Shown here: positions 22,950 to 24,000 of the stretch, piece after piece
How positions within the stretch are numbered: position 1 is the first letter of the stretch
Layout: every line of letters starts with the position of its first letter
Assembly (NCBI GenBank): GCA_036676985.1
Contig: JAKFBU010000076.1
Location: forward strand, 15,185 to 39,184
Direction of reading: 5' to 3'
Length of the DNA stretch: 24,000 bases
Source of the DNA: Candidatus Sericytochromatia bacterium
Lineage (GTDB): Bacteria > Cyanobacteriota > Sericytochromatia > S15B-MN24 > UBA4093
Notes under the pieces: model-generated
Databases searched by the model: none
Told to the model about the DNA's origin: nothing
Seen by the model: only the letters and a program-made list of their open reading frames with translations
Made by a program: the position numbers and the translations under genes

Positions 22950-24000
22950 TTAGAACCCGAGCGATTCGAGCAGATCGGGCTTCTTGTCCGGGGTGATGCG
23001 GATGCCTCGCTGCCAGTCCTGGTCGAAGAGGGCCGCGTCGAGCTGGCGGGTCGCCGCGGCGTCGTCGATGCCGAGGCCCGCCTCGCGCGAGTACACGAAG
23101 GACTGCTTGTCCATGTTCTGCGAGCCCACGTAGGCCCACTGGCCGTCCACGGACATGTACTTGGTGTGGTTGTTGGCGAGCGTCTGGCCGTCCGGCGAGA
23201 ACCAGCGCATCTCGACGTTCTGCCGCGATCGCTCGGGCAGCTTGTCCAGGAACTGGCTGATGAAGAGCTCGTTGTTCGAGAAGTCGACCAGCGACGTCCG
23301 CTGGTTGAAGCCCTTGGGCACCACGAGCTTGATCTGGACGCCGCGGTCGGCGGCCGCCGCGAGGGCGCTCCAGACCTCGCGGTCCGTGATGTTGGGCGTC
23401 ACGATCCGGATCTCGCGCTGGGCCGCGTGGAGGGCGGCCAGGATCCCCTGGTCGGCGTCGTTGGCGTAGGGCTTGCCGTGCAGCGAGGCCACCGCGATGC
23501 TGTCCCGGCTCAGGTAGGTCATGGGGATGGTGGGGCCCGTGGCGGGAGCGGCCTCGGCCTTGATGGCCGGAGGCAGCTTGAAGCCGTCCGCCGAACGGAC
23601 CGCGCCGTCCTGGATCTGCACCTTGACCTTGGACTTGGCGAAGGCCTGGTCGAAGTCCGCGAGCATGGTGTCGACCACGTCGCCCTTGACCTTCACGAGC
23701 ACGTCCTGGAAGTCCTTGTCCTGGATGTTGATGCCGCCGATGAGGCCGGTGTTGCCGTCAATCACGAACAGCTTCTCGTGGTCCATGCCCCGGTGCGGCG
23801 TCTTGAGGTAGCCCGCGATCACGGCGTCCACGCCGTGCTCCGTGAAGGCGTCGTTGACGGGATCCTTGAAGAGGGTGAAGTCGCCGCGGTGGATCAGATA
23901 CACCTTGAAGTCGGGCGACAGCTTCTGCTTTTCGCTGAGGGCCTTGAGCAGGGTCTTGCCCGCCTCGCTGTCCGCCTCGAACTCGAAGTTCTGGATCCGG
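22950..24000 (-). CDS. Phospholipase D / cardiolipin-synthase-like family protein with two HKD motifs (5' end outside window)
   Basis: HKD motifs HEKLFVIDGNTGLIGGINI and HTKYMSVDGQWAYVGSQNMD. The frame stays open upstream of the listed start (…RIQNFEFEADSEAGKTLLKALSEKQKLSPDFKVYLIH) to the window edge, so the gene is truncated. Confidence 0.8.
   Translation of the reverse strand, partial: RIQNFEFEADSEAGKTLLKALSEKQKLSPDFKVYLIHRGDFTLFKDPVNDAFTEHGVDAVIAGYLKTPHRGMDHEKLFVIDGNTGLIGGINIQDKDFQDVLVKVKGDVVDTMLADFDQAFAKSKVKVQIQDGAVRSADGFKLPPAIKAEAAPATGPTIPMTYLSRDSIAVASLHGKPYANDADQGILAALHAAQREIRIVTPNITDREVWSALAAAADRGVQIKLVVPKGFNQRTSLVDFSNNELFISQFLDKLPERSRQNVEMRWFSPDGQTLANNHTKYMSVDGQWAYVGSQNMDKQSFVYSREAGLGIDDAAATRQLDAALFDQDWQRGIRITPDKKPDLLESLGF

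Noticed and set aside
12309-24000. Dpd-like 7-deazaguanine DNA-modification/restriction island (folE + queCDE + PLD-family protein + DNA methyltransferase)
   Set aside because: There is no TGT-like DpdA, ParB-like DpdB or helicase genes. The que genes form a normal tight operon. The intervening genes (kinase, lipoproteins, ggt) are unrelated, and the PLD protein looks like a two-HKD cardiolipin-synthase-type enzyme. It is kept only as a low-interest check.

Overview
High-GC (about two-thirds G+C by eye), densely coding bacterial chromosomal window with strong Shine-Dalgarno usage. No rRNA, tRNA, CRISPR array, transposase or integrase was seen. In order, it contains: the rplQ 3' end, then truA, rplM and rpsI; a degenerate GGDEF-like protein and a secreted NPP/alkaline-phosphatase-family enzyme; a class-V aminotransferase with serA; a secreted LPP20-like protein; a Rid-family protein and a PfkB sugar kinase; a sensor-less histidine kinase; a 329-aa unknown protein. 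Next comes a minus-strand three-gene operon made of a 216-aa unknown, a 106-aa unknown and an N6-adenine DNA methyltransferase fused to one HsdS-type specificity domain. After it: folE; a multi-TM histidine kinase; a cluster of small lipoproteins and membrane proteins; ggt; queD-queE-queC; and a two-HKD phospholipase-D-family gene that runs off the right edge. The rplQ-truA-rplM-rpsI order, the AGT-like aminotransferase next to serA, and about 20-fold over-representation of GCGATCGC (HIP1) point to a cyanobacterial-type lineage; this is inference. The best candidate for something undescribed is the methyltransferase operon at 12309-14888. It has no recognisable nuclease, two unknown co-transcribed proteins, and an AT-rich promoter carrying a 20-bp palindrome. 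Its neighbours are also of interest: the convergent 329-aa unknown gene and its repeat-rich structured leader (11126-11288). A separate observation is a family of C7/G7-run palindromic intergenic elements at convergent gene ends (7340-7477 and 10023-10088). All functional calls rest on motif recognition by eye; no database search was possible.
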